From a virus: a stretch of DNA of 64,000 nucleotides. The stretch lies in IMG/VR virus record IMGVR_UViG_3300044961_000421, positions 16,876 through 80,875 of that record; one strand, written 5' to 3'. A model generated the notes under the pieces. That model worked only from the letters and a program-made list of their open reading frames with translations, did no database searches and was not told where the DNA came from. Each line of letters begins with the position of its first letter. Position 1 is the stretch's first letter. The position numbers were made by a program, and so were the translations under genes. Positions 9,546 to 20,186 of the stretch are shown piece after piece.

Positions 9546-10412
9546 TTAAAACTCCGAAATATAATCTTTCAATCTCTTTAATTTTTTAGAAACAAAATAA
9601 TTAAATATTTTGCTTCTATCGGGTACAAATGGTTTTTTAAATTCCTGATTTATTAAAAATTTTATAGAATCAGGAATCATTTCTAAATCTATCATCAAAC
9701 GGTTCCGAATATATTTTTTCCCTATTTCCGTATTTTCGTCAAACAAATCTTGAAGAGGTATACCGCTTCCTAACCATTCTTCAATTTTTGTTCTGCGAAT
9801 TGGTGTTTGCCGCTTATTTTCAACCAAAAATGTATCATCATCAGACATTATATTCGGAACACCATCTCCAGGATCACCGAGAATAATTTTTTCTTGGAGA
9901 AACCGAATCGGATCATCCTCCCTTATAAATTTCTTTTGAACAGGAGAAAACTGATAAACGTTTGGATATTTCTGTAATTGTGCAAAATCTTTATCTCCTG
10001 AGAGTATAAGTACCTTTTCTCCTAATTCTGAATAATGTTTTGTTAGAAAGAAGATTATATCATCCGCCTCAACATGTGGAATCGAAAAAACACGATATGG
10101 CATATTCATTTTAATTTCTTCTTTAACGATTTCTAAAACAGAAAAAAGATTCTTCCAATCAATCGGAGATTCATCACGATCCTTTTTGCGGTTTTTCTTA
10201 TAATTTGGAAAAATGTGCTTTCTCCAATAATCATAACCATCACAACACAAGATCATTTCTCCATATTCTTGCTTAAATTTCTTATTATACATACGCAAAG
10301 AATTTAGGATCATGTGCCGTATAATATTTTCATCCATTTCAAAATTATTGAATGAAGTATACATCATAATATTTGAAACGGCGATTTGTGAAAAATCAAC
10401 TAAAATTGGCAT
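9546..10412 (-). CDS. rnh: T4-like RNase H (5'-3' exonuclease)
   Basis: ILVDFSQI, YWRK..PNYKKNR, EADDII, SGDKDFAQL, GDPGDGVPN. Confidence 0.93.
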   Translation of the reverse strand: MPILVDFSQIAVSNIMMYTSFNNFEMDENIIRHMILNSLRMYNKKFKQEYGEMILCCDGYDYWRKHIFPNYKKNRKKDRDESPIDWKNLFSVLEIVKEEIKMNMPYRVFSIPHVEADDIIFFLTKHYSELGEKVLILSGDKDFAQLQKYPNVYQFSPVQKKFIREDDPIRFLQEKIILGDPGDGVPNIMSDDDTFLVENKRQTPIRRTKIEEWLGSGIPLQDLFDENTEIGKKYIRNRLMIDLEMIPDSIKFLINQEFKKPFVPDRSKIFNYFVSKKLKRLKDYISEF

Positions 10413-10572
10413 TAGTATTTTCCTAATTTACCCCATGGGACAGGGTGTTTCCTAAGACACGTTCTACAATAATATATATCACCACCGGAATACATGACAC
10501 CTCTATGGGTTCGGCGGCACCATCCATACGCAAGTTTTTCTAAATTATATCCAATAATTTTTAAAAGTTTAT

Positions 10573-11148
10573 TCATTTTTTTCCTTCCAATAATCTACAG
10601 AGTTTAACAAATTGGAAAGCTTGGTTAATCGCATCCGTAAGAGCATTATGGTTAATATCCCTAACGCCTTCCAATTTCGGTATCAATTCTCGTTGAGCCT
10701 TTTTGTAAGATGTCTTTAGAAATGCCATTCTCAAGGTGCGAATATCGACACCTCTGGATCTTGGAAACAACTGGTAATATCTGGAAAAATATTCGCGCAT
10801 ATAAATGTCTAGAAATCCGAAATCAAAGCAAATTGGATCACCAACGAATGAAAATGGTTCAAACTTTGAAAGCCACTCTTCAAATTCACCAAAAACAAAT
10901 TGGTCAGTTTCACCATACTCTTCGATATAATCCATAAATTCAACAAAGTTTGGTTGCTTAATCCACCATTCGTATGTTTTTTCCTCCCAATTTATCTTTT
11001 TATGCTTGATGGTATAATAGAATCCATCAAATTCCATCACTCGCCCATTTATGATTGGCACAGCACCAATCGAAAGGATATTATGTACTCCTGGAACTAT
11101 TCCTGATGTTTCAATATCGACGGAAATATAATTTTCACTCAATATCAT
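10573..11148 (-). CDS. DEDDh 3'-5' exonuclease
   Basis: SVDIETSG, FDFGFL, HNALTDA. Confidence 0.8.
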   Translation of the reverse strand: MILSENYISVDIETSGIVPGVHNILSIGAVPIINGRVMEFDGFYYTIKHKKINWEEKTYEWWIKQPNFVEFMDYIEEYGETDQFVFGEFEEWLSKFEPFSFVGDPICFDFGFLDIYMREYFSRYYQLFPRSRGVDIRTLRMAFLKTSYKKAQRELIPKLEGVRDINHNALTDAINQAFQFVKLCRLLEGKK

Positions 11149-11164
11149 ACTTTTTCTCTATTCT

Positions 11165-11575
11165 TCAATTTTGTACAGTTTTATCTTTCTTGTGCTTCTT
11201 CCTAAACTCTCTCACAAACATTAGTTCCTGTTCTTTCCTTATTCTCTGCAACATTTCTTGTTGCTTTTTCGCTTTTTTTATCATTTTGTCATATTTCTTT
11301 TTTTCTTTATTAATGTAATTTGAATCCCATAAATATGTAACAGGAAATGATAAAAACCGTTCTTCATCAGGACAACACGAACAGGATCTCTTTCCGATAT
11401 AACGCACTTCTATAAATAATTCAGAATCTCTTTCATAAAGTTCGAAAGAAACAAAATCATCTTTATTAAATTTTTCTTTGTATATAATCGAAACATTTTG
11501 TGCTATTTCAATCACTTCTCGTTTTAATTCTTGTTGTAATCTATAGTAAAATAAAATATCCTTCTTCTCCATCAA
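11165..11575 (-). CDS. hypothetical protein
   Basis: ORF overlapping the stop of the upstream gene. Confidence 0.55.
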   Translation of the reverse strand: MMEKKDILFYYRLQQELKREVIEIAQNVSIIYKEKFNKDDFVSFELYERDSELFIEVRYIGKRSCSCCPDEERFLSFPVTYLWDSNYINKEKKKYDKMIKKAKKQQEMLQRIRKEQELMFVREFRKKHKKDKTVQN

Positions 11576-12738
11576 TCTACCCTCACAATGACTGTGTTTT
11601 CATTCAGACGTCCCGTCACTTTCTGTGGTTTGGATTTGATTGTGTCCATCAGCTTACGGAGAGCAACTTTACCGTTGTTCACAACACAAGTCAATACTTG
11701 TTCAGGTTTTCTGATCTTTTTGCGAGTTGATTTACTTTCATCAAAATCAAATACTGTAGTTCCGCGAATTACAAAACCTGTGGGTTTCGCTACAAGATGG
11801 GTCAGATAGCGATATTGTGTATCGAATAACCAAACACTTTCGGATTTCAAAATTTTATCTGGTGATACTGACACAATCTTGAATTCGGGGATAGAAGCTT
11901 TATACTTCATTTTTACCGTCACTTTTGTAGGATCCTTTTCTTTGATTTTCCTGGGCTTGCGAGGTTTGCGAATTTTTTGTTGCTTAGATCCCGAAATATA
12001 TTCGATACAGGTGTTCACAATGTTTTGGATAAAATCTCGCAACTCTACCAAATCGGTCTTTTTGAAATTGGAATATGCTTCAGAATATTCTTTGTCTCCT
12101 GAAAGAGAGAGTCTGATTTCATTCAACATTTTCTCATACTTCTCAAGGATCATGGAAGCATAGGATGGAGCAATTTCTCGCTCAAAGAGAAACTCTTTCA
12201 TCGAAAAATCTCTTTTCCCTAGGATAAAATTATCAACTTCCGTTTCCAGCAACCCTATCAAGAAGCGCCGGCGAGAATTAACTGCTTCCTGGATACGCTC
12301 ATATTTGGATAATTCTTCTTTCTTCTTTTCGGAAAGGATTTTCTTTCCGTTTTCATATGCCCGATGGAAAAATTGTTCCATCTTTTCGTCAAGATATTCT
12401 TCATACCCTTCAGGAATAACCATACCTTGAAGATACATACGGCAGAGAGATCCGAGTGTATTGAAACAACGATCTTCTGCCGCTTTATATACTTCTAATT
12501 TATCCTTTGGAGTTCCGATCTCCTGAAGATACTCAATTGAGTATTTTTTCATCTCTTCGATGGTAAAAGAATTGTTGTACCATGCTAGAGCAGAAACCAG
12601 AGAAGAAAGAAAAATGTCATTGGTTAAAGGCCACGAATCCAGATTAGGTTCCTTACCCCAATAATTTGAAATCTTTTCCCTTACAGCCGCATTTTTGGTT
12701 CTACGCTTTTCTTTTCGCGTATCAACTTGTAAGCGCAT
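11572..12738 (-). CDS. conserved T4-like hypothetical protein
   Basis: C-terminal GTT..FD..S..K..RKP...GRLNE pattern seen in T4-like phages; strong promoter and RBS. Confidence 0.7.
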   Translation of the reverse strand: MRLQVDTRKEKRRTKNAAVREKISNYWGKEPNLDSWPLTNDIFLSSLVSALAWYNNSFTIEEMKKYSIEYLQEIGTPKDKLEVYKAAEDRCFNTLGSLCRMYLQGMVIPEGYEEYLDEKMEQFFHRAYENGKKILSEKKKEELSKYERIQEAVNSRRRFLIGLLETEVDNFILGKRDFSMKEFLFEREIAPSYASMILEKYEKMLNEIRLSLSGDKEYSEAYSNFKKTDLVELRDFIQNIVNTCIEYISGSKQQKIRKPRKPRKIKEKDPTKVTVKMKYKASIPEFKIVSVSPDKILKSESVWLFDTQYRYLTHLVAKPTGFVIRGTTVFDFDESKSTRKKIRKPEQVLTCVVNNGKVALRKLMDTIKSKPQKVTGRLNENTVIVRVD

Positions 12739-12797
12739 GTGCCGTCCTTTCTTTTACTACTCCTCTAGTGTAGCACACATTTTTCTATATGTCAATA

Positions 12798-13802
12798 TCA
12801 AATAGTTTGTTGGGTTTGTTGGATTTGTTGAGCTTGGGACAATCGACTAATATTTTCTTTTATATACCAATCACTTGCAAAAATATTATATACCAATGTC
12901 TTATCTTTTTTGAATTCCTTCTTTGTTGTGGAACGAAAAGGGAAAAGAGTGGTTTTTAAAATATCTGGAACCATTTTTTTTACACCATTCGGAAATTCAA
13001 TCAAAAGACAATCACCCTCAATGAAATCGGTATTATTAAATTTGGATGAGTTTCCGATTCTCAACCCATTCATTAATTCAATAAATTCAACATAATTTTC
13101 ATAATGTACATTACAGATGTTGAAAAAAATTCCTTCATCTGTTTCAAATTGGATATCTAATGTATTCCTCTTCCTTTTTCCACCTGTCAAAACACCATGA
13201 AATTTGCAAAAAATGGGTCCAGAAAAATTTGGATGAACGATATTCTTGTCCTCCAACAACAGCTTCTTACACATCGTTGCCCATACAATAGAAAAAAACA
13301 GAAAATAAAATGATAAATTTTCCGGATCGCACATTGATTGAGAATATTCTTTCTCAAAATCGAGTTTAAATAAACTATCCAAAGTGCTTTTTGTTCCAAC
13401 ATTATTGTTTGTGAGTTGGTTCAAAAAATAATTAGCATTTTTAGATCTTACATCTTTGACAAAGGAAAACAATAATTTTTTTTCCTTTTCATTCATAAAA
13501 TCTGAAATTTTTGGATGAAGAGAAGATGTGAGGTTATTGGATCTTTGAATCATTCGCATTTGTTCACAAAAAGTTTTAATTGTTGATTTTATCGAAAAAT
13601 CATTGTAATAACTGGAAAGCAATTTTGCTTCTTCAATTGTCAAGAATCCTAGTCCTCTTTTTTCACTCATAGAAATCATGAAGATTTTACAAAAAACGTC
13701 TTCATGTGTCATGTTTTGTAATACTGCTTTTAGATAGGGGTCTAAATTTTTTTTATGATCCCGTTTAGTGGATGGATTTTGAATAGGTGTATTTGTTCTC
13801 AT
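12798..13802 (-). CDS. hypothetical protein
   Basis: 334 aa ORF. Confidence 0.65.
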   Translation of the reverse strand: MRTNTPIQNPSTKRDHKKNLDPYLKAVLQNMTHEDVFCKIFMISMSEKRGLGFLTIEEAKLLSSYYNDFSIKSTIKTFCEQMRMIQRSNNLTSSLHPKISDFMNEKEKKLLFSFVKDVRSKNANYFLNQLTNNNVGTKSTLDSLFKLDFEKEYSQSMCDPENLSFYFLFFSIVWATMCKKLLLEDKNIVHPNFSGPIFCKFHGVLTGGKRKRNTLDIQFETDEGIFFNICNVHYENYVEFIELMNGLRIGNSSKFNNTDFIEGDCLLIEFPNGVKKMVPDILKTTLFPFRSTTKKEFKKDKTLVYNIFASDWYIKENISRLSQAQQIQQTQQTI

Positions 13803-14097
13803 TTCTGTTTCGCCGTCCCAAAAATAATAAAAAAAAGGAAAACCAATTTAAAAACCAATCATTATGCTCATTTTTTAAGAATACAAATTTATTCCAATTT
13901 TTATATCTAATATCATAAAGAGTACAAAGTTCATTTTCTTCCTTTTCAGAAAGATGTCTCTTGGAAAAGAGTTTTGCTACCTTTATCATAATAGAATATT
14001 GTAACAAAATGAAACGGTGCCTAACCGTTTCATGAAGGCACACAAAACGCCAAAATAATTTCGCAAACAGTCTTTTCAAAAATCTCATACCACACAC
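13765..14097 (-). CDS. hypothetical protein
   Basis: ORF downstream of a TTGACA-17-TAGTAT promoter. Confidence 0.5.
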   Translation of the reverse strand: MCGMRFLKRLFAKLFWRFVCLHETVRHRFILLQYSIMIKVAKLFSKRHLSEKEENELCTLYDIRYKNWNKFVFLKNEHNDWFLNWFSFFLLFLGRRNRNENKYTYSKSIH

Positions 14098-14181
14098 CTT
14101 TTCGAAAATCTTTCAAATCTTACATTACAACTAATACATACTAGCACATATCACACTAGTTGTCAATATATAACAATACAA

Positions 14182-14376
14182 TCACTCATCCATTTCTGTT
14201 TGCTTTTGTAATACACTTTCCAATTTTGATGCATTTAGTTCCAATGATTTCTTTACTGAATGAGGAATGCGTTTTAGAGATGGATGTTTAGCTAACCCTG
14301 TCCAAAAACCATTGGAATATAACCATCTTTCTCTTTCTTTTTCTGTCATTAATTTCCAAATTTCTTCAATCTTCAA
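14182..14376 (-). CDS. hypothetical protein
   Basis: 64 aa ORF with AGGAG RBS. Confidence 0.5.
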   Translation of the reverse strand: MKIEEIWKLMTEKERERWLYSNGFWTGLAKHPSLKRIPHSVKKSLELNASKLESVLQKQTEMDE

Positions 14377-14611
14377 ATTTTTTTCTCCTATGTTATTGAT
14401 TCTAAAAACATTTCACATAAAAAAATAAAATAAATAGCAAAATTTATTTAGAGACGATGGAAAACTACGGGAAAGAAAGAAAAGATCAATCCTTTTTATT
14501 TTTGAATTTTTTGAGGTTTTTTCTATTTATTTTTCAATAATTTACAAAAGCGAAAAAAGGAAATTAAAATAATTTTTTTCTTTTTCTTGACAAATGACTT
14601 GACAAATGTTA

Positions 14612-15220
14612 TTATGAGAGTGTAGCCGTTTCAGATAAGTAATTATATTTAATTCCTTCCAGTCCTTGGAGAAGAATGAAATATGAATCCACGATATCGG
14701 TGAGAGGACTATTTAATTTTTTTTCTCCAAGAATCCTATCATAAAGGTCATCACGATTGGTTCTCTTTTTAAATGCTTCCCACATTTGTTCTTTATTCGC
14801 ATTTCCTTTACCGAAAGCAAATTTCTTCACAATTGTAGGAGCGCTAATTGTGTAATGAATTTTATTTTGGAAAAGACTAGCTTTTAATAATCCAGTATTT
14901 TCTCCAATATTAAAAACCTTTCCTTTCGATCCCATGGAATATCCTTCAAGGAATACATTTTTTACTCTATGGTGTTTAAGAAACTGAATTGTTAGATTTG
15001 TAATATTTAAAAATCTTTCTATTTCCGACAAATAATTTGGATGGGAAATATATTCAATATTTTGTATTTTTTCTTTCTCTTTCGGCTCTTTATCGGAAAT
15101 GATAAGAAATGAGCATTCTTCGAAAGAAGGGGAAAAAGAAATGCCGGAATAAACACAAATAGCAGGGCTTGTGATGCTATAGTCTATTCCGGCGCATACT
15201 GGCAATTGTTTCGATTTCAC
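14612..15220 (-). CDS. RuvC-like (RNase H fold) nuclease, T4-like conserved
   Basis: GIDYSITSPAI, FLEGYS, IGENTG, VKKFAFGKGNANKE, DIVDSY. Confidence 0.75.
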   Translation of the reverse strand: MKSKQLPVCAGIDYSITSPAICVYSGISFSPSFEECSFLIISDKEPKEKEKIQNIEYISHPNYLSEIERFLNITNLTIQFLKHHRVKNVFLEGYSMGSKGKVFNIGENTGLLKASLFQNKIHYTISAPTIVKKFAFGKGNANKEQMWEAFKKRTNRDDLYDRILGEKKLNSPLTDIVDSYFILLQGLEGIKYNYLSETATLS

Positions 15221-15228
15221 ATAAATAT

Positions 15229-15414
15229 TTATTCTTCATCTCCATCATCAAATTCATCTTCTTCGCTAGGGTCTAATAACTCTTCTTCAAGAGATTCATC
15301 ACCACAAAATGGACAAAAAACAACTTCTTGGTCTTCTGCGATATCCTTGTCATAAGACACTTCACATGATACACCACAATTTTCACAAAAAATGTGAATG
15401 ATTGATTGTTCCAA
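15229..15414 (-). CDS. small zinc-ribbon protein with acidic tail
   Basis: CENCG...FCPFCG; late promoter TATAAATA at 15459-15466. Confidence 0.6.
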   Translation of the reverse strand: MEQSIIHIFCENCGVSCEVSYDKDIAEDQEVVFCPFCGDESLEEELLDPSEEDEFDDGDEE

Positions 15415-15472
15415 AATATTTCTCCTAAATCAATTTTTCTCATAACCATGATCATAGTTATTTATAATTTTT

Positions 15473-17401
15473 TCATTTTATTGGGCACACACCGGACTCA
15501 CAATTAAGATCCTCAATATTTCCGGATCCAATATCAAAAGTTTTGGTGGGTGTTTTCAATCTTGATAACATAAGATTATATCTTTGTTCATCTATTTCTT
15601 CATATGGTGCTTGTCTGAATCCGTGATCGGAATGAAGGAGAAAGGAAACAGATTTGATCGAATTTTCATAATTATCCTTCATCCATTTTTGGATATCTTT
15701 TAATTCTTCTTTTTTATAATAGACTGTTACAGAAACAGCATTATCAGACCAAACAGTTTGAATTTTCTTTACCAATTCTAATTGTTCCACAGCTTTCATA
15801 TTTTTCGAGAGAATTGTGTTTTCACTATATTCACAAGGAAATTCAATAATAACTGTATTTCTATCTTCAGTACCATCAAAATTTTTCAGATATTCTATAT
15901 GATAATTCATTTCTCTCAAAAATGATACGAGAGGATCTGAAGAAGACATCCGTATTCTACGAATAAAATATCTAGCGTATCCCGGATGAACACCTGGTGT
16001 TGAGCCAGCAAGAATGGAGATTGTTCCACTAGGTTTCACTGTTGTTAATTTAATTGATTCAGGTAATTTGTTTTCCTTTGAAAATTGTTTATCATATTTT
16101 CTCAATTCTTTATATACATCATCGAGCCATTCAATTTTTTCTAACGATTGGCATATACCAGAAATTCCTAAACCTATTCTCATGTTTTTATGTACGATAT
16201 CATTTGTTTCTTTGTGGATAAAAGGTAATTTACAAATTGCCTTTTGTGTTTTATAGATCAATTTTGCTGCTTCAATTAATTCCTCTTTTGATTCAATATT
16301 ATTTAAGAAAATTTCTGATAAATTACAACATTCATGGTCTGCGAGAGTAATTTCCCCACAAGGATTTAATACGATACAATTATCTTTTCTTTCTTCTCCA
16401 AGACGACCATATTTTTGAGAGAGAGGGAGATTAAAAAATCCATAAGGTTCTCCGTTTCCTTTATAACCATCCCAAACAGAATCAGAAATTTGGTCATATG
16501 AATCAGCACCAATCGTATTGTTACTCATTGCTCTCCAGTTTGGAATGTTTCCTGTATCCCATCGCTTTGCTCTTAGGAAAAGAAAATCATCAGGATCACC
16601 AACAGCAATTTCCGCCGAACGTCGAACATTACCAGCAACTACAATTGATCCAATAATATTACAAATATCTAAAACATCAATGGAACGTAATTTCTTCCCT
16701 TCTCTTGATTTTATCACATTACATATTTTTTCTATTCCATCAACAAGAATACCTGGTCCAGAAGCGGTACCACCAAATCCTTTTATCTTTTCTCCATATC
16801 CTCGAATAAGAATCGTAGAATAAGTAAATGATTCTCCGTTATAGAAGAAGGCATCAAGAGTATGTTTTAACAATCTCACCCAACCCTCTCGTGAATCTGG
16901 TACAATAAAATCGGCATCTTTTGTGGGTAAATGTGTGATAACAACATCTTTTTTAATTTTAGGCAATTCATGTACATCTTCTCGTTTAACAGAGAATCCT
17001 ACACCACCGCCTAACATTAAGTTTTCGAATAAGAAACAAAAATCACTAGTATCTTTCATCGCTAATCCCCAACAATTGAGTAGAGAATTTGCTCCAAATC
17101 TATCAACTGTCGAAGTTCCTAGTTGCCATAGCATTCTACCGGCATAAAGGCATTTGAGATTAAACATTAAATCAAATAATCTCTCTGCTTCCTCTTTCGT
17201 GTAATTCGCACCAATTTTTTGAGCACCTTCAATACATCTTTGTAATGTATCTACCCACTCTTCTGTTTTACCATTTTCCAATTCTCTCGCATACGTTCGC
17301 TTATAAACTATGTAACCGATATTTCCGAATCCCCATTTTGGATTTCTTTTTCTATAACTCTCCAAAAAACTAGGAGAAAATTTAACAAATGATTCTGTCA
17401 T
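15473..17401 (-). CDS. nrdJ: class II (B12-dependent) ribonucleoside-triphosphate reductase
   Basis: YKRTYAR, GRMLWQLG, NCW, GGGVGF, DSREGW, GNVRRSAEI, NPCGEI, TTVKPSGT, C-terminal CESGVCP. Confidence 0.92.
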   Translation of the reverse strand: MTESFVKFSPSFLESYRKRNPKWGFGNIGYIVYKRTYARELENGKTEEWVDTLQRCIEGAQKIGANYTKEEAERLFDLMFNLKCLYAGRMLWQLGTSTVDRFGANSLLNCWGLAMKDTSDFCFLFENLMLGGGVGFSVKREDVHELPKIKKDVVITHLPTKDADFIVPDSREGWVRLLKHTLDAFFYNGESFTYSTILIRGYGEKIKGFGGTASGPGILVDGIEKICNVIKSREGKKLRSIDVLDICNIIGSIVVAGNVRRSAEIAVGDPDDFLFLRAKRWDTGNIPNWRAMSNNTIGADSYDQISDSVWDGYKGNGEPYGFFNLPLSQKYGRLGEERKDNCIVLNPCGEITLADHECCNLSEIFLNNIESKEELIEAAKLIYKTQKAICKLPFIHKETNDIVHKNMRIGLGISGICQSLEKIEWLDDVYKELRKYDKQFSKENKLPESIKLTTVKPSGTISILAGSTPGVHPGYARYFIRRIRMSSSDPLVSFLREMNYHIEYLKNFDGTEDRNTVIIEFPCEYSENTILSKNMKAVEQLELVKKIQTVWSDNAVSVTVYYKKEELKDIQKWMKDNYENSIKSVSFLLHSDHGFRQAPYEEIDEQRYNLMLSRLKTPTKTFDIGSGNIEDLNCESGVCPIK

Positions 17402-17405
17402 CTAT

Positions 17406-18251
17406 TTACCTTCCAGGAAAAAAATTATTTTTAAATTCTGCTATTTCTCGCTGAGTCATTCCACTTTCTTTCATATCTTTTTCGCTTATTGGGCAAGTTT
17501 CATAATTTTCGAATAATTTTCGAATAAAACCAAATTCTGTCCTACTTATTGTAAAAGAAAAAAACATATATTCTTCAAATGCTTCTAGAGTAATCGGTAC
17601 ATATGGTTTTATTAATTCATACATCGCATCCGCAAATGCTCGAATTTCATATTGAGCATGTGAATCTTTTCTTAGTGAAAAGTAATGTAATAGATTTTTG
17701 AGATCAATTTTCCAATAGCATTCTGTATAATTTGAAACAGGAAGAACGATTCTTGCTAATTCGCGCGATATTCCGTTTTGGAGAAATGTTTCATATGTTT
17801 CAAAACATGCTTCATATTGGTTAATCAATGAGTTTTGGCAAGCAATATTATTATCTCTCGAAATAGGTTCTTCGGAACCCTGCTTATTTGAGTTGGATTG
17901 TGTTTTGAAATTTTCAGGAACATAAAACTCATTTGACATTTCACTATAACGACCAGAATATTCATTTACATTCGCGGTCCTATGGCGAATGTGTTGTCTC
18001 ATTACAAAAATTGGTAGTTTAATATGAAATTTAAATTCCACCATTTCGAATGGTGATGTGTGCCTATGTCGCATCAAATACCGTATTAATGCCCGGTCTT
18101 CAGAAACCGTTTTTGTTCCTTTTCCGTATGATACTCTTGCTGCTTGAACGATTGATGAATCATCACCCATCACAGAAACTAATCCAACAAATCCTTTATC
18201 TAATACTGGGATATAGTTTTTATTTCCTATTACATCTTCTTGTTTTGTCAT
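17406..18251 (-). CDS. thyX: flavin-dependent thymidylate synthase
   Basis: AARVSY, HTSPFE, RHRTANVNEYSGRY, HAQYEIR. Confidence 0.96.
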   Translation of the reverse strand: MTKQEDVIGNKNYIPVLDKGFVGLVSVMGDDSSIVQAARVSYGKGTKTVSEDRALIRYLMRHRHTSPFEMVEFKFHIKLPIFVMRQHIRHRTANVNEYSGRYSEMSNEFYVPENFKTQSNSNKQGSEEPISRDNNIACQNSLINQYEACFETYETFLQNGISRELARIVLPVSNYTECYWKIDLKNLLHYFSLRKDSHAQYEIRAFADAMYELIKPYVPITLEAFEEYMFFSFTISRTEFGFIRKLFENYETCPISEKDMKESGMTQREIAEFKNNFFPGR

Positions 18252-19309
18252 TTATACCCATTTCTCCATTTTTGTAATTGTAATTTTGCTTTTAATCCAC
18301 TAAAGGTATTTTTTTGTATGAGTTCTATTATTTTCTTTTGTGTGAATCCTTTTTGAATTAGATCATTGATATCTTTTCCTTCTATTGCTATTGGCCAGAT
18401 AAAAATAGAATATCCTCTATCAACGGTTTCCAGCATTTTTGAAAAAATTTGATTGTTTGATCTTTCGTTATCATAAATGAATATCGTTTCTTTCGGTACA
18501 TCAATTGAAAGCAAATCTGATCCAGCGGCAGCAAGACAATTCGGAAGGAAAAAAGAATCGAAGGGTCCTTCTACTACATATATTTGTTTGGTAAAATCTA
18601 TTCTATCAATACCAAATATTTTTTTAGCATTATCATCAATCTTTATTGTGATGTATTTAAATTTTGATTTTCCAGAAAGACTTCTTCCTGTAAATGCTAC
18701 CAATTTTTTATCCTTGTCGTAAAAAGGAATTATAATTCTCTCGTCAGGTTTCAGCCTGTGTGTATATTTAGAAGGTAGGATAGTTTCCACAAACTCGGAA
18801 AAATTTTCTGTAAAAAGTAACATTTTATGGAATTTTTTTGGAATCCTGCGATTAAGAATGTATTCTTTAGCATAATGATTGTCCGGTAGTTTATCGAGTG
18901 TGATGGCGGAAAGATTATTTTTATTTGGTTTTTCTTTTTTGGTTGGTATTATAATTAATTTATTTGTTTTTTTCACTGTATCCTTGAAATCATCGCCCGG
19001 ATTTGGTTTTTCATAATTTGAATGACCGTTTTCGCCTTTATTAAATCTTTCCAAAACATACTTTCTATATAGACTTTGATTATGTTCTTTTAGAAAGTTT
19101 CCTAAAGTGGTGCTTACATTACAATTGTGGCATTTGAAATTAAATCTATTTTGGATTTGATAAAAATAACCGCGGGCTTTAGTTTTATTGCGTTTCGAAT
19201 CACCACAAAATGGACACCTAAAATTATATAGTTTTGGTGTTTTTCTTTTAAATTTTTCTAATTGAGCGGATACGAGTTGTATGTATTTTTGTTCGATAAA
19301 AAGACTCAT
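18248..19309 (-). CDS. 61: DNA primase (gp61)
   Basis: NFRCPFCGDS..KARG, CHNC, VEGPFDS, KDIND; start at ATG 19309. Confidence 0.93.
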   Translation of the reverse strand: MSLFIEQKYIQLVSAQLEKFKRKTPKLYNFRCPFCGDSKRNKTKARGYFYQIQNRFNFKCHNCNVSTTLGNFLKEHNQSLYRKYVLERFNKGENGHSNYEKPNPGDDFKDTVKKTNKLIIIPTKKEKPNKNNLSAITLDKLPDNHYAKEYILNRRIPKKFHKMLLFTENFSEFVETILPSKYTHRLKPDERIIIPFYDKDKKLVAFTGRSLSGKSKFKYITIKIDDNAKKIFGIDRIDFTKQIYVVEGPFDSFFLPNCLAAAGSDLLSIDVPKETIFIYDNERSNNQIFSKMLETVDRGYSIFIWPIAIEGKDINDLIQKGFTQKKIIELIQKNTFSGLKAKLQLQKWRNGYK

Positions 19310-19315
19310 ACCTTT

Positions 19316-19344
19316 ATTATAACACAAACAATAATAATAGTCAA
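19316..19344 (-). promoter_or_regulatory. sigma70-type promoter of primase
   Basis: TTGACT-17-TATAAT with TGTG extension. Confidence 0.75.
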
Positions 19345-19359
19345 TTAAGGTAAGTCTAT

Positions 19360-19797
19360 TTAAGGTAGGTCCATTTTTGTTATTTCACCGAAGCGTAATG
19401 TTTCTGCTTCCTTTTGTTTTTGATTGGATATTAAAATCGCCAAATTTTGTGACATTTTATTCTGTGAATACAATATGGTTTCGAATCTGTCATCAAATTT
19501 TTCTATTTTTTCAGCCAACTCTTCAAACTTTCCTTCATGAAGAAATTTTAATTCTGTTATCTTTTCGATTACATTTTTATGCTGTTCATTATAAATGTCA
19601 GTTTTTACATACTTATCATTTACTGTTTTAATAATCTTTTCTTCCAAATCATAATATTGTTTATCCACAATACTTTTGAATTCAATTATTTTTGAGCGAA
19701 CAAAAAAGGTTATACCTAATATTAATATATTAAAAAAAATGTGCATCAAATTTATCAATGAAATTGATACAGATGTCTCGGCTAATTCTGGGAGCAT
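19360..19797 (-). CDS. membrane-anchored coiled-coil protein
   Basis: N-terminal hydrophobic helix followed by a heptad-like region. Confidence 0.55.
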   Translation of the reverse strand: MLPELAETSVSISLINLMHIFFNILILGITFFVRSKIIEFKSIVDKQYYDLEEKIIKTVNDKYVKTDIYNEQHKNVIEKITELKFLHEGKFEELAEKIEKFDDRFETILYSQNKMSQNLAILISNQKQKEAETLRFGEITKMDLP

Positions 19798-19817
19798 TTT
19801 TTTCCTTCTTTATCGTA

Positions 19818-20186
19818 TTATTTTCTATAAAAGGACATTACACCTGTACTTTTATCAGAAATTATAATTGGTTTTTTTGTTTGTTTTCCATATGTTATAA
19901 GTTCATTATTACAATCATTTAATTCTTTTCTCCACCTACTATATTTTCTTCTCCCAAAACGGCGTTGGAAAAAAGTATCTGAATCAACATCAAATACCCT
20001 ATATCCCATAAATTTTTTTTCTTCTCCCAATTTATCAGAAGAGAATGATTTCCTTTTTAGCGGTTTTTTTCTTCTTACAAACCCTATCAGAGGAGAATAT
20101 CCAGCGATTTCTCCAGACCCGACATTGTTTGTAGGAGATATGGCACCAACACCCATCTCTTCTCTAAATTGCTTGAATGATTTCAT
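19818..20186 (-). CDS. conserved T4-like late protein with capsid-targeting-like leader
   Basis: MKSFKQFREE leader; PTNNVGSGEIAG motif. Confidence 0.65.
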   Translation of the reverse strand: MKSFKQFREEMGVGAISPTNNVGSGEIAGYSPLIGFVRRKKPLKRKSFSSDKLGEEKKFMGYRVFDVDSDTFFQRRFGRRKYSRWRKELNDCNNELITYGKQTKKPIIISDKSTGVMSFYRK

